Shown here: piece after piece, positions 45,874 through 55,154 of the stretch
How positions within the stretch are numbered: the stretch's first letter is position 1
Layout of the letters: the number at the start of each line of letters is the position of its first letter
Source: Candidatus Bathyarchaeota archaeon
GTDB taxonomy: Archaea; Thermoproteota; Bathyarchaeia; Bathyarchaeales; DTEX01
Length of the DNA stretch: 64,000 bases
Assembly: GCA_963714275.1 (NCBI GenBank)
Contig: CAVQNT010000003.1
Coordinates: 32,001 to 96,000, forward strand
Reading direction: 5' to 3'
Notes under the pieces: generated by a model
The model's input: the letters and a program-made list of their open reading frames with translations, nothing else
Databases searched by the model: none
Told to the model about the DNA's origin: nothing
Program-made: the position numbers and the translations under genes

Positions 45874-46929
45874 TTAAAACTTGCCGTATTTCCACGCTTC
45901 ATCATACATGGCGATGATGTTTTTCACTGATGTAACGGGCTGGATGTTGTGACAAGGAGCTAAGATGTATCCTGTTTTGTCGCTGGCAAGTGCATTAATG
46001 CAGTGCCTGACCTCCGTACGCACCTCCTCCGACGTCCCAAATGGTAGAACTCGCTGATTGTCCACGCCACCGTGAAAACAGAAACTTGCACCAAACTCCT
46101 TTTTCAAGCCTTCGAGGTCCATTCCTGGGCAGGTCCACTGCAGCGGGTTCAAGATGTCTATGCCCATCTCTATGATGTCTGGTATGAAGAGGCGGATGGC
46201 GCCGTCATCGTGGTGGAATACCTTGATCCCGAAGCTGTGCGCCAGGTCGATGAACCTTTGCATGATCGGTCTGTAGAACTCGCGGAAGACTTTCAAGCTG
46301 ATCATAGGTCCTGCCTGGGTGCCAAAGTCGTCTGTCACTTGGGTGACATCGATCAGTCCGTCACATGCCTCAAACATGCGCCGATGCTGTTCATACAAGA
46401 AATTGGCTATTTCCTCCAGCAGTCGACGCGTGAACTCAGGGCGGACAAACGGATCGACCAGAGACGTCTTCAGACCACGAAGCTTGTTATGCTGGAAGAA
46501 AATCGCCATATAACCACACATGACAACCTGCTTTTCGCAACCGGCTTTGGCAGCTGCACGCATCTCCGAGTAATTAAACCAGTCTGCCCTTGGCCATGTG
46601 TATTTCTCCAAATCCTCGATGGTACGGGCATCTGACAGAGGATTATGTGTCATCTCGTCGTATACGCCCATTGCGTAGCTGACCTTCTTTGTGCGGATTC
46701 CCCAATAGTCAATAGTCTCGTCTTCAGCGACCATGGGCAGCTTCGGACCAACATAATTAGGTTCGACACTTGCCATTCCGTCAATATGCAGCTTGGCACG
46801 GACATCTGCTTCCTTGCCGAAATATGCCTTCAGCCTACCCCACACCTCTGGTGTGGTCCAGATATCCGTGGGGATGTGATCCAGCCTTTCATGGTTGAAG
46901 GCTGCAAGCACTCGTTCCCTTGAGTTCAT
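45874..46929 (-). CDS. Uroporphyrinogen decarboxylase/MtaA-CmuA family protein
   Basis: MNSRERV, DDFGTQ, HHDDG, GGVDNQ..LPFGT and LAPCHNIQ motifs. Confidence 0.9.
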   Translation of the reverse strand: MNSRERVLAAFNHERLDHIPTDIWTTPEVWGRLKAYFGKEADVRAKLHIDGMASVEPNYVGPKLPMVAEDETIDYWGIRTKKVSYAMGVYDEMTHNPLSDARTIEDLEKYTWPRADWFNYSEMRAAAKAGCEKQVVMCGYMAIFFQHNKLRGLKTSLVDPFVRPEFTRRLLEEIANFLYEQHRRMFEACDGLIDVTQVTDDFGTQAGPMISLKVFREFYRPIMQRFIDLAHSFGIKVFHHDDGAIRLFIPDIIEMGIDILNPLQWTCPGMDLEGLKKEFGASFCFHGGVDNQRVLPFGTSEEVRTEVRHCINALASDKTGYILAPCHNIQPVTSVKNIIAMYDEAWKYGKF

Positions 46930-47011
46930 AATTGTTCCTCAGCGTCCACCATAATAAATAACTGTTGTCTTAGTGAATAGTAAGATCAAGAAACTAAAAG
47001 TGGTCTAGACA

Positions 47012-48097
47012 TTGAATATTAAGGAAAGAGCGATGGCAGTCTACCATAACGATGAGCCTGACAAGATACCTTGGTTGATCTATGAGGAACTATTCCCTAG
47101 AGGCTACATGGATCGACAACTAAGAAACAAAGGTTTAGGTCTAAAGGTTTCAGCAGTCGTTTTTAGAGAAGAAACCCCACATGTACGCGTTGAAACCAGA
47201 ACGGTCGGTGATTATACCTATCGGACCTTCCACACCCCCGTCGGTGATCTAACAACGAAGGAACGAATAGGACTAGCTGAAGGAGCCGGCGCCTCCTGGC
47301 TTATAGAGCATCCTGTAAAGGATGTTTCGGATTTCGCGGTAGCTGAGTACATGATAGAAGACACCGTTTATGTGCCCGATAATGATCTGTTCCTGAAAGC
47401 TGAACGGAACATCGGTGATGACGGAATAGTCTTCGTCTGGGCTGGACGTTCCCCTCTGCAAAAGATGCAGGTCGAGTTAATGGGGTACAGAACCTTTGCC
47501 ATCGCAATGTACCAGTTTCGGAAAGAATTCCAAAGCCTTCATAGAGTGTTAGAGAAGAAAGCAAACGAACGGTACAAGCTAATTTCTGAGTCTCCGGCTA
47601 AGATTATTAACGGAGGGGACAACATAAACAGCGAGATCGTGAACCCACGACTCTTCGACCAGTACATCGTCCCATTCTATGAGAGACAAGCTAGCCTCCT
47701 CCACAAGAAGGACAAGATCCTCGAAGATCACATGGACGGCAAGCTGAGGCATCTGAAAGACGCAATCGCCAAAATGGACTTGGACGCAATCGAGGCGTTC
47801 ACTCCACCGCCGATGGGAGACCTCCCACTAGTCGAAGCCAGATCAGCATGGAAAGGAAAGATCGTAAGCCTCAACTTTCCCGAATCTGTCTTCCTAGAAG
47901 GCGCCACCGCAGTCAAGAAGCAAACACTGAAGGTGCTGAATGAAGCCGCACCAGGCGACAACTTCATCATTACAGTCACAGAGGACATTCCGTCGGACCA
48001 TCGTTGGACCGGATTGTCAACAGTCACAACAACATTGCGGAAATATGGAGCATATCCATTAACTCATCTTCCACACAGCAGTAGCAGGTCCAATTGA
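47012..48097 (+). CDS. URO-D-like (MtaA/CmuA superfamily) protein
   Basis: KERAMA...PDKIP, HMDG and IEAFTPPPMGD motifs. Confidence 0.75.
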   Translation: MNIKERAMAVYHNDEPDKIPWLIYEELFPRGYMDRQLRNKGLGLKVSAVVFREETPHVRVETRTVGDYTYRTFHTPVGDLTTKERIGLAEGAGASWLIEHPVKDVSDFAVAEYMIEDTVYVPDNDLFLKAERNIGDDGIVFVWAGRSPLQKMQVELMGYRTFAIAMYQFRKEFQSLHRVLEKKANERYKLISESPAKIINGGDNINSEIVNPRLFDQYIVPFYERQASLLHKKDKILEDHMDGKLRHLKDAIAKMDLDAIEAFTPPPMGDLPLVEARSAWKGKIVSLNFPESVFLEGATAVKKQTLKVLNEAAPGDNFIITVTEDIPSDHRWTGLSTVTTTLRKYGAYPLTHLPHSSSRSN

Positions 48098-48189
48098 GGA
48101 TTTAGCTGACTAGCGTTGTTTTCAAGTATCAACAAAATTTTATATATTATGAATACATGTGCCTTCATGAGCAAAAAGGAGGATAAAAG

Positions 48190-49402
48190 ATGGGTATGGA
48201 GCAACCAGTTTTTCCATTGAAGGTTAGTAAGAACGGAAGGTTTTTTGTAGATCAGAAAAATAATCCCTTCTTCTGGTTAGGAACTACACAATGGCAAATT
48301 TTTAGGGAGTACACTCTGGACGAAGCAAAGATTACTCTTGAAAAAGTAAAAAGCAAGGGATTCAGCGTCGTTCAAGCGATGCTCTTAGGCGTAAATGGTC
48401 CAATTTACCCCAACGTGTATGGTGAAATGCCTTGGTTAGATAATAATCCTACCTCACCGAACGAGGCATATTTCAAGAATGTGGATTCTAGTTGTAGAAA
48501 TGGCCCGTGAAAAAGGCTTGGTCATTTCGATGACACTTTATCATCAGAGATTCGGAGACTACATGAATCCCAAGAATGCCCGACCATGGGCTAAATGGGT
48601 TGCTCAGCGATACAAGAACGTACCCAACATTATCTGGTCGATGACACCTAAGGCTAATCAAGAGTATGTTCCAATACTTAGGGAGCTGGCAGCGGGTCTT
48701 CAAGAAGGAGATAGCGGTTTCCATATTATTTACTTTAAACCGGATCCTGCACCATTCTCTTCCAGCTTCATCCACAACGAAAGCTGGCTTGCCTTTAACT
48801 CTCTACAGACATGGAAGGATGTTGAATTAATCTACCCAATGGTGACCAACGATTACAACCTTAAGCCTGTGAAGCCCGTGGTCATGGCTGAAGGCGCCTA
48901 TGAAGCAGGCACAGAATATGGGTTTGACGTAACTCCGTTATGGATTCGAAGACAAGCTTATTACTCATACTTGGCTGGAGGCCATCACAGCTACGGGCAC
49001 AACGACAGTTGGCGTGTACTCCCCACATGGAAAAAATCTCTGGACGCGCCAGGCGCCTTCCAGATGAGTATACTACGAAAAATATTTCTGGACCGAGAAG
49101 AATGGTGGAATCTCGTTCCGGATCAATCAGTTTTCGCAAGCGAAGGACAAACCAAGGGAGACATACTGAATCTAGCTGCCCGTCACGAAAAAGGCAAATG
49201 GATTATAACATACTTTGGCAGTAGCACAACTGTTTCCATCAAGATGGATAAAATAACTGCAAGTAACACGGTCAAAGGATCATGGATCGACCCTTCGACT
49301 GGAGAAACTATTTCAATCGGCAATTTTTCAAATAAAGGAGTACAATCCTTTACAACTCCTGATGGATGGGAAGACGCTTTATTGATACTTGAGGCTCTTT
49401 GA
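48190..49402 (+). CDS. DUF4038 (apiosidase/GH140-like) glycoside hydrolase with a collagen-binding-like domain; frameshift near 48490
   Basis: LKVSKNGRFFVD...PFFWLGTT.W, KPVVMAEGAYE, H.YGHN and WIDPSTG motifs. Confidence 0.82.
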
Positions 49403-49431
49403 ATGTGTAATTAATCTCAAATGGCTGTTAG

Positions 49432-52400
49432 TCATTTTAAGAAGTAGTCTTCCAGAATCTTGTATTGTCTGTAGGCGTCTGGTTTTTCGGACAAGACTAA
49501 ATATGATAATAGTTCCAGCGGGTTCTCCGGATCGACCACTACATCTGTATCGGTGGAAAGGTTTATTCCGAGCATCCCCCAGTCCTGCATTACTGGTCTG
49601 CTTCTCTCAGTGACTGTTGAGATCATAACCAAAGAGTCTCCTGTTTTCTCGTTTGTTGCTTGGAGCCAACTTTCATCTGGTACTATCCAAGCTATTGTCT
49701 GAGTTCTCTTTCTTTTCAAGATCTTTCTGTCTTTACGCAAGTAGGCAACGTTATTTTCTATAGTGCCGCCTGCTTTAACAAAAGTGTCCTGAGTTATTTT
49801 GAAATATAGTCTCGCTGAAGTTAAGTTTGTTATACGAAGTATTCGTGCGATTATTTTGCTTTCTGGTTTGGTTAAGTAGTAGCCCTCTATAGTGATGCCT
49901 TTCAGGTCTATGACGTGTTTTTCCGGTCTTGAGGTGATCTTTACGCCTATCCACCCGTTTCTTTCGGCTTTTTCGCATTGAAACTCCTCATCATACAGTT
50001 TATCGTATCTGTTGTCCCTCCAGGCGGAGAATCTGACGCCACCGAACCATGGGTTTTGAAAACTGTACGGTTTCCGCTCGGGGAAGGCGGATAGAAGATG
50101 GTCAGTCCCTGTTTTTTTGTCGACTAACGAGTAAACGGAGCCCGCTAGGTCGGGGCAGATCTTTATCTGAAGTCTGCCATTGTCTATACAGAAAACCTGT
50201 TTTCCTTGTTCCGTCAACTTTTCAACTTTGACGGTTCCTTTTTGTCCTATGGCAAGCAGGTGGAAAGGAGTCTCGATTGTGGTTAAGTTGCTTTCTATTT
50301 TAATGCTGCCTTCGTAAACTCTTGGGCTGGACAATTTTGGAGTGACAAGAACAGGTTTCTCATAGGGTTTATCCAGCTTTACGTTTTTAATTTTAAATGT
50401 TCTAGGTTTGATTGACAGGCTTGTTGGAGACTTTAAGGTTACATCTCCGCTGAGAGGTTTTTCTCTATTATTGAAAACCGTAACCTTTGCTTGAAAACTT
50501 TCCAGGTCCTCTATTATGGAAGGTTCAATTTTAGCTTCCACAAGCGGCTTTTCCTTTACCTTTTGATACGTGATTTCCTTATTGCCCTGACCTTTAATTA
50601 GAAGTCGCCAGAGTTGACTGACCTTTTGCCAGGTTCCGAACCCTCCGACTAGGTATATGGGTTTAAGTGTGACAGTGGACTGGGGTTCTACAGCTTCAGG
50701 TTTGAATGTAAGTTCAGCAACTCCCATCTTATTCGACACCATGTTCTCTGGATGCCAAAGGATTCCAGAAATTTCACCCGTCTTAGGATATTCAAGACAG
50801 AACCAAGTTTCGGAAAGGCTTTCAGGCTTCTCTGGTATATCAACGGCCCAATATGGAAAGTCTCCGTCAGCCATCGAGGAAAGGATTCCTTGCTTTAACG
50901 GTATCACTAATTTAGCTTCGCTTGTGTTTCCGTAAGTGCCCAATCTAAATTGGAAGTCATGCCTTTTAGTGGATGAAGAGTTCACAAATGAGTATTGAAC
51001 CTTCATAAGTTCTGTGGAAGGGAAAAGCGTCACATCTTTTATAATCCTTAACCCTTCATAGGTTTCTAAATCCGCGTAGAGCCTAGCACGGAGTGCGCCT
51101 TCTTCTTTTAGGATTTCGTAGTGGAAGTCCTTTATCGCTATCTCTGTCGGCCAGAATGGGGGACCTAATGAATCGTTTAACGACGTGGCGTAGAACGTAT
51201 CAAGTAGCTTACCATGAAATGAGTGAAGCCTTCCGCCTCTGTGAAGCCCTATGACGATTCGGGAAACCTCGTTTTCAAGAGTTAGAATCTGTCCGTCATC
51301 CTCAATTGCAGCTAAGACTCCTCCCGGAGCAAAGGATTTAATTTGATAGACTTTCTCTTCGGTTTTAACCTCTTCTTCCCCTGCCTTTAATGTGGCGTAG
51401 AACCGAAGCGGTAAGACTAAGGTTCCCACATTATCGGGTATCCTAATCTTGAACGTTGCACCTGCGTATCCCTCCTTCTCTGTTTCGAAGGGTCGGTTAA
51501 TAGGAGAAATTTGGACAGACGGATGAGGGACCACATGAAGGTTTCCTTTGATGGCTTGTTTAACGTTGCTTTTGATGGTTACTCTCAGTTCGCCTTCGCA
51601 GCCAGAATAGCTAGAGAAGTATTCTGGATCGAAATTCAAGTCAACTGGCTGCTTTACTCTCACGCCGAAGGCAAGCGGAATCATGGTTTCGTTCATGAAA
51701 AGTTTTGTCTCAACTTTGTGTGCGGGATCATCATCGTCTTTCTTTCTAGGCTTCGCATCGATCTTTACTTCGCCTTTCAATGTCACTGTCTTAAAGGGCT
51801 CAACTGTGAAGGTTTCTTGAGGCTTTCGAATGATTTGTAGGTCTTCTTCACAGGACACTAACATTGAGCATTTGATTGGTTCTCCGGTTTTGTTTTTTAT
51901 TTCCCACTCAACTTTCTGTCGGAAGCCTGCTGGAGCTTCATGCTCCGTCGGTCGGCACATAACTGAGATTCGGTTATCTTCTATTCCTGCTATGGCGAAG
52001 ACTTCACGGTCCACTGTTACTTTAAGGATGTCATTGTCTTTCCGCCATTCATAGTAAAAAATTTTCATTCCTTTGTCTTCTAGGTTGTCTTCCTCAACTT
52101 TTAGGTTTCTTTGCATGTTGTTGTACCATTCTGGATGTTTATTGAAGAACTCCTTGGCAACTGGATATCTAAGGATGGCTGGGACATAGTTCTGCATGAA
52201 GACACGGGTTCCAGGCACCCAGAAGAAGCCCATCTTCTTATACAGTGGAACTGCCTTCAGATTTCCCGGCCACGTGTTTATATCTAAACGTTCGAAACCC
52301 AAATTAATGACGTGTTTTACGCATTCGTACAGCAGCCTTCTACCAAAGCCTTGACCGTGATATTTAGGATGAAGGTTCAGAAAAGAAACATATGTAGCAT

Positions 52401-52680
52401 TCTTATCCTTTCGGTGGATACTAACAGTACAAATTCCTATAATACGTCGATTGAAGAAAATTAGTAGCTGAACTAAGGCGTTCTCTCTTTCTAGTTGTTC
52501 CCGCACCCTTTCTGCAGTGAAGGGAACACCTCGAGTTAAGCCTCCAGGGAAATTGTTATCGCTTTCGTTGTAAAGCCTAGCTACGCCCTTAGCGTCACTA
52601 TTTTTGAACGGTCGAATAACTATCTTATCATTGCCAATTTCTTCTTCGTAGCAGGATTTACTCAAACCTTTTTCCTCCAC
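49432..52680 (-). CDS. Large multidomain GNAT N-acetyltransferase (1082 aa)
   Basis: N-terminal GNAT (HPKYHGQGFG, AVPLYKKMGF) followed by long beta-sandwich regions. Confidence 0.8.
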   Translation of the reverse strand: MEEKGLSKSCYEEEIGNDKIVIRPFKNSDAKGVARLYNESDNNFPGGLTRGVPFTAERVREQLERENALVQLLIFFNRRIIGICTVSIHRKDKNATYVSFLNLHPKYHGQGFGRRLLYECVKHVINLGFERLDINTWPGNLKAVPLYKKMGFFWVPGTRVFMQNYVPAILRYPVAKEFFNKHPEWYNNMQRNLKVEEDNLEDKGMKIFYYEWRKDNDILKVTVDREVFAIAGIEDNRISVMCRPTEHEAPAGFRQKVEWEIKNKTGEPIKCSMLVSCEEDLQIIRKPQETFTVEPFKTVTLKGEVKIDAKPRKKDDDDPAHKVETKLFMNETMIPLAFGVRVKQPVDLNFDPEYFSSYSGCEGELRVTIKSNVKQAIKGNLHVVPHPSVQISPINRPFETEKEGYAGATFKIRIPDNVGTLVLPLRFYATLKAGEEEVKTEEKVYQIKSFAPGGVLAAIEDDGQILTLENEVSRIVIGLHRGGRLHSFHGKLLDTFYATSLNDSLGPPFWPTEIAIKDFHYEILKEEGALRARLYADLETYEGLRIIKDVTLFPSTELMKVQYSFVNSSSTKRHDFQFRLGTYGNTSEAKLVIPLKQGILSSMADGDFPYWAVDIPEKPESLSETWFCLEYPKTGEISGILWHPENMVSNKMGVAELTFKPEAVEPQSTVTLKPIYLVGGFGTWQKVSQLWRLLIKGQGNKEITYQKVKEKPLVEAKIEPSIIEDLESFQAKVTVFNNREKPLSGDVTLKSPTSLSIKPRTFKIKNVKLDKPYEKPVLVTPKLSSPRVYEGSIKIESNLTTIETPFHLLAIGQKGTVKVEKLTEQGKQVFCIDNGRLQIKICPDLAGSVYSLVDKKTGTDHLLSAFPERKPYSFQNPWFGGVRFSAWRDNRYDKLYDEEFQCEKAERNGWIGVKITSRPEKHVIDLKGITIEGYYLTKPESKIIARILRITNLTSARLYFKITQDTFVKAGGTIENNVAYLRKDRKILKRKRTQTIAWIVPDESWLQATNEKTGDSLVMISTVTERSRPVMQDWGMLGINLSTDTDVVVDPENPLELLSYLVLSEKPDAYRQYKILEDYFLK

Positions 52681-52852
52681 ATACTTTTATGAATTCGTCT
52701 GAAGGATAGTTCCTTTTTTTGCTTCTTTAAAACCTCTATGACATCGCATTATTTGTTCTTTCCTCTTTAACAAGTCTGCGAAAAGGAAGAGAGATAGAAA
52801 AAACTTAAGGTTCAAGTATTATGCGGATCACGGGTTCCAGCTAGTAAATGAA

Positions 52853-54250
52853 TTATAGGTTATACTCTTCCATGTATGTTGGGGCGCTCACTTCCCATCC
52901 GCCCTTAGACTGGAGGTAGCTCTCTAAGGCCAAAATTGGTCCTTCTTCGCCGTGGGTCAGAAAAACATGTTTTGGCGGAGATTTAAAGTTGTTGAGCCAG
53001 CGGTGCAGGTCGTTCATGCCAGCGTGGGCGGAAAAGGCGTCGATCTTTTCGATCTTCATCCTCACTGGAAAGTATTGTCCGAAGATTCTAACTGGGGAAA
53101 CATTATTCAAAATTTGGCGTCCAAGTGTCCCCACTGCCTGGTATCCCACGAAGAGAAGTGTGGATTCTGGACGAGTAATATTCATGGTTAGGTGATGTTT
53201 AATGCGTCCTCCTGTGATCATCCCTGAACCGGCCATGATAATAGTTGATCCTTTTATAAGGTTAATCGCCTTGGACGCTTCAACAGATTCGACGAGCTTC
53301 AATCCCGGAAAATCGAAGGGAGACTGACCATCTTTGAAGAGTCCAAGCGTCTCATTGTTAAGATATTTTTTACATCGTTCAAAGACCTTCGTGACTTCAA
53401 CAGCCATAGGACTGTCGAGAAAAGTCATAATATAAGGGATCCTTTTCTCACGCGCTAAACGGTCTAAATGATAAAGAAGTTCTTGAGCACGCTCGATGGC
53501 GAAGGTTGGGATGAGAAGATTTCCACCCGTCCGCACTGTACTGTTTATGATCGTGCATAGTTGTTCTTCAATGTCTCGGGATATACCATGGTCGCTATCT
53601 CCATAAGTGGACTCCATAACCACGTAATCCGCCCGGTCAAAAACAGAAGGATTGCCGAGCAGAGGCTTGTCCCACTGCCCAATGTCACCAGAAAAAATGA
53701 TGTTTCGTGAACCATTCTCATCTTGGACTACAATCTCAATCATAGCAGAGCCAAGGATGTGACCAGCATCATGGAAACAAACTTTAACTCGGTCATTTAA
53801 CTGTAGATAGTGCTCGTAGGGAACGTCTTTTAGTAAAGGAAAACAGTTCTTGGCATCCTGAACTGTATATAGAGGAATTTCTGGGTAAGGTCCCTTTCGG
53901 CCTTCCTTATCATGCCTTTTTTTCTTGAAAGCAGCATCTTCCTCTTGCATCTTGGCAGAATCCAAAATTACAATCGGAAAAAGCTCTTTTGACGCAGGGG
54001 TCAGCAGGATATCTCCGGTGAATCCTTCCTTGACAAGCTTTGGAATAAGCCCAGAGTGGTCTATATGAACATGGGTGAGAAGAAGATACTGAATCTGGTT
54101 TGGGGGAACAGGGAATTCCTTCCAGTTTCTGTTGGAATAGTCCCGCTCCTGAAACAGTCCACAATCGACAAGGATCTTCAGTCCACCAATATCAAGAAAG
54201 TAGCTTGATCCCGTCACTTGATGCGTTGCGCCTAAGAATTTTATTTTCAT
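52853..54250 (-). CDS. MBL-fold metallo-hydrolase, beta-CASP RNase family
   Basis: THVHIDHSG, AGHILGS, FSGDIG, MESTYG, FSAHA and THGE motifs. Confidence 0.92.
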   Translation of the reverse strand: MKIKFLGATHQVTGSSYFLDIGGLKILVDCGLFQERDYSNRNWKEFPVPPNQIQYLLLTHVHIDHSGLIPKLVKEGFTGDILLTPASKELFPIVILDSAKMQEEDAAFKKKRHDKEGRKGPYPEIPLYTVQDAKNCFPLLKDVPYEHYLQLNDRVKVCFHDAGHILGSAMIEIVVQDENGSRNIIFSGDIGQWDKPLLGNPSVFDRADYVVMESTYGDSDHGISRDIEEQLCTIINSTVRTGGNLLIPTFAIERAQELLYHLDRLAREKRIPYIMTFLDSPMAVEVTKVFERCKKYLNNETLGLFKDGQSPFDFPGLKLVESVEASKAINLIKGSTIIMAGSGMITGGRIKHHLTMNITRPESTLLFVGYQAVGTLGRQILNNVSPVRIFGQYFPVRMKIEKIDAFSAHAGMNDLHRWLNNFKSPPKHVFLTHGEEGPILALESYLQSKGGWEVSAPTYMEEYNL

Positions 54251-54483
54251 GAGCTTTTCCCCTTGCATCGACATTGTTTATTTAACGGTTCTTCTAAGCA
54301 TGCTGTCCACTTCATAGTATCATCACAAAGAAGCATTTAAGAAATACACTGATCTTTTAAGCACACTCACTAAGAAAAGCCATGTTGACATTACGAATTG
54401 CCCAAAAGACTAACATCGCCATAAGACTAAATATAAAGTTGACAGATTCCATGTTAAGAACCCCTTTCCTAGAAGGTGACCTT

Positions 54484-55056
54484 ATGAAAAAATATAAGTC
54501 AATAGCATTTTTAGGCGGAGCCGACATCAAGCCGGAAGACCAAACCTACAAAGATGCCTATATGACGGCGAAGTATCTGGCTCAACTGGGCTTAACAATC
54601 TACAACGGCGGAGGACCAGGCGTGATGAGAGCATCAACCGAAGGCGCCAAATCAGCTGGAGGAAAAGTCATTGGAGTAACATATTACCCCAATGTGCCTC
54701 ATTCGAATTTTGAAGGAAAGGATCCCCAAAACGCCTTCGACGAGGAGATCAAGACATCAGATTATTTTGAACGAATAAAACAACTGCTAGTATTAAGTGA
54801 CATCCACATCGTCTTCAGAGGAGGAACCGGAACAATATCTGAGTTTGGCATGGCTTGGGCTGCCTCTAGGATTCGTGCTGGTCAAGAAAGACCCATTATC
54901 CTTTTTGGAGGGTTCTGGAAAACCATCATTGAGAACTTTAAGAGATACATGTACATGCGACCCGGCGAATTTCGACTGTATAAAATAGTAGAGTCTGTGG
55001 ATGAGGCTGTAGATGAAGTAAAACATCTTATCAGTTCAAAGGAAGAGGACGTATGA
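54484..55056 (+). CDS. LOG family protein (SLOG nucleotide-binding)
   Basis: GGGPGVM.A..EGA, ER...L and GG.GT..E motifs. Confidence 0.88.
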   Translation: MKKYKSIAFLGGADIKPEDQTYKDAYMTAKYLAQLGLTIYNGGGPGVMRASTEGAKSAGGKVIGVTYYPNVPHSNFEGKDPQNAFDEEIKTSDYFERIKQLLVLSDIHIVFRGGTGTISEFGMAWAASRIRAGQERPIILFGGFWKTIIENFKRYMYMRPGEFRLYKIVESVDEAVDEVKHLISSKEEDV

Positions 55057-55154
55057 AGATGAACTGTACCTAGGAACTAACTAGCTAGTGATGTAGGATA
55101 AAAATATAAAGTCTAAATTACATATTAGAACATGCATAACAGTGTGAGAGATGA

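Noticed and set aside
119-55091. Classical integron attC sites at cassette junctions
   Set aside because: No paired RYYYAAC...GTTRRRY boxes with hairpins were found, genes lie on both strands, and there is no IntI gene in the window.
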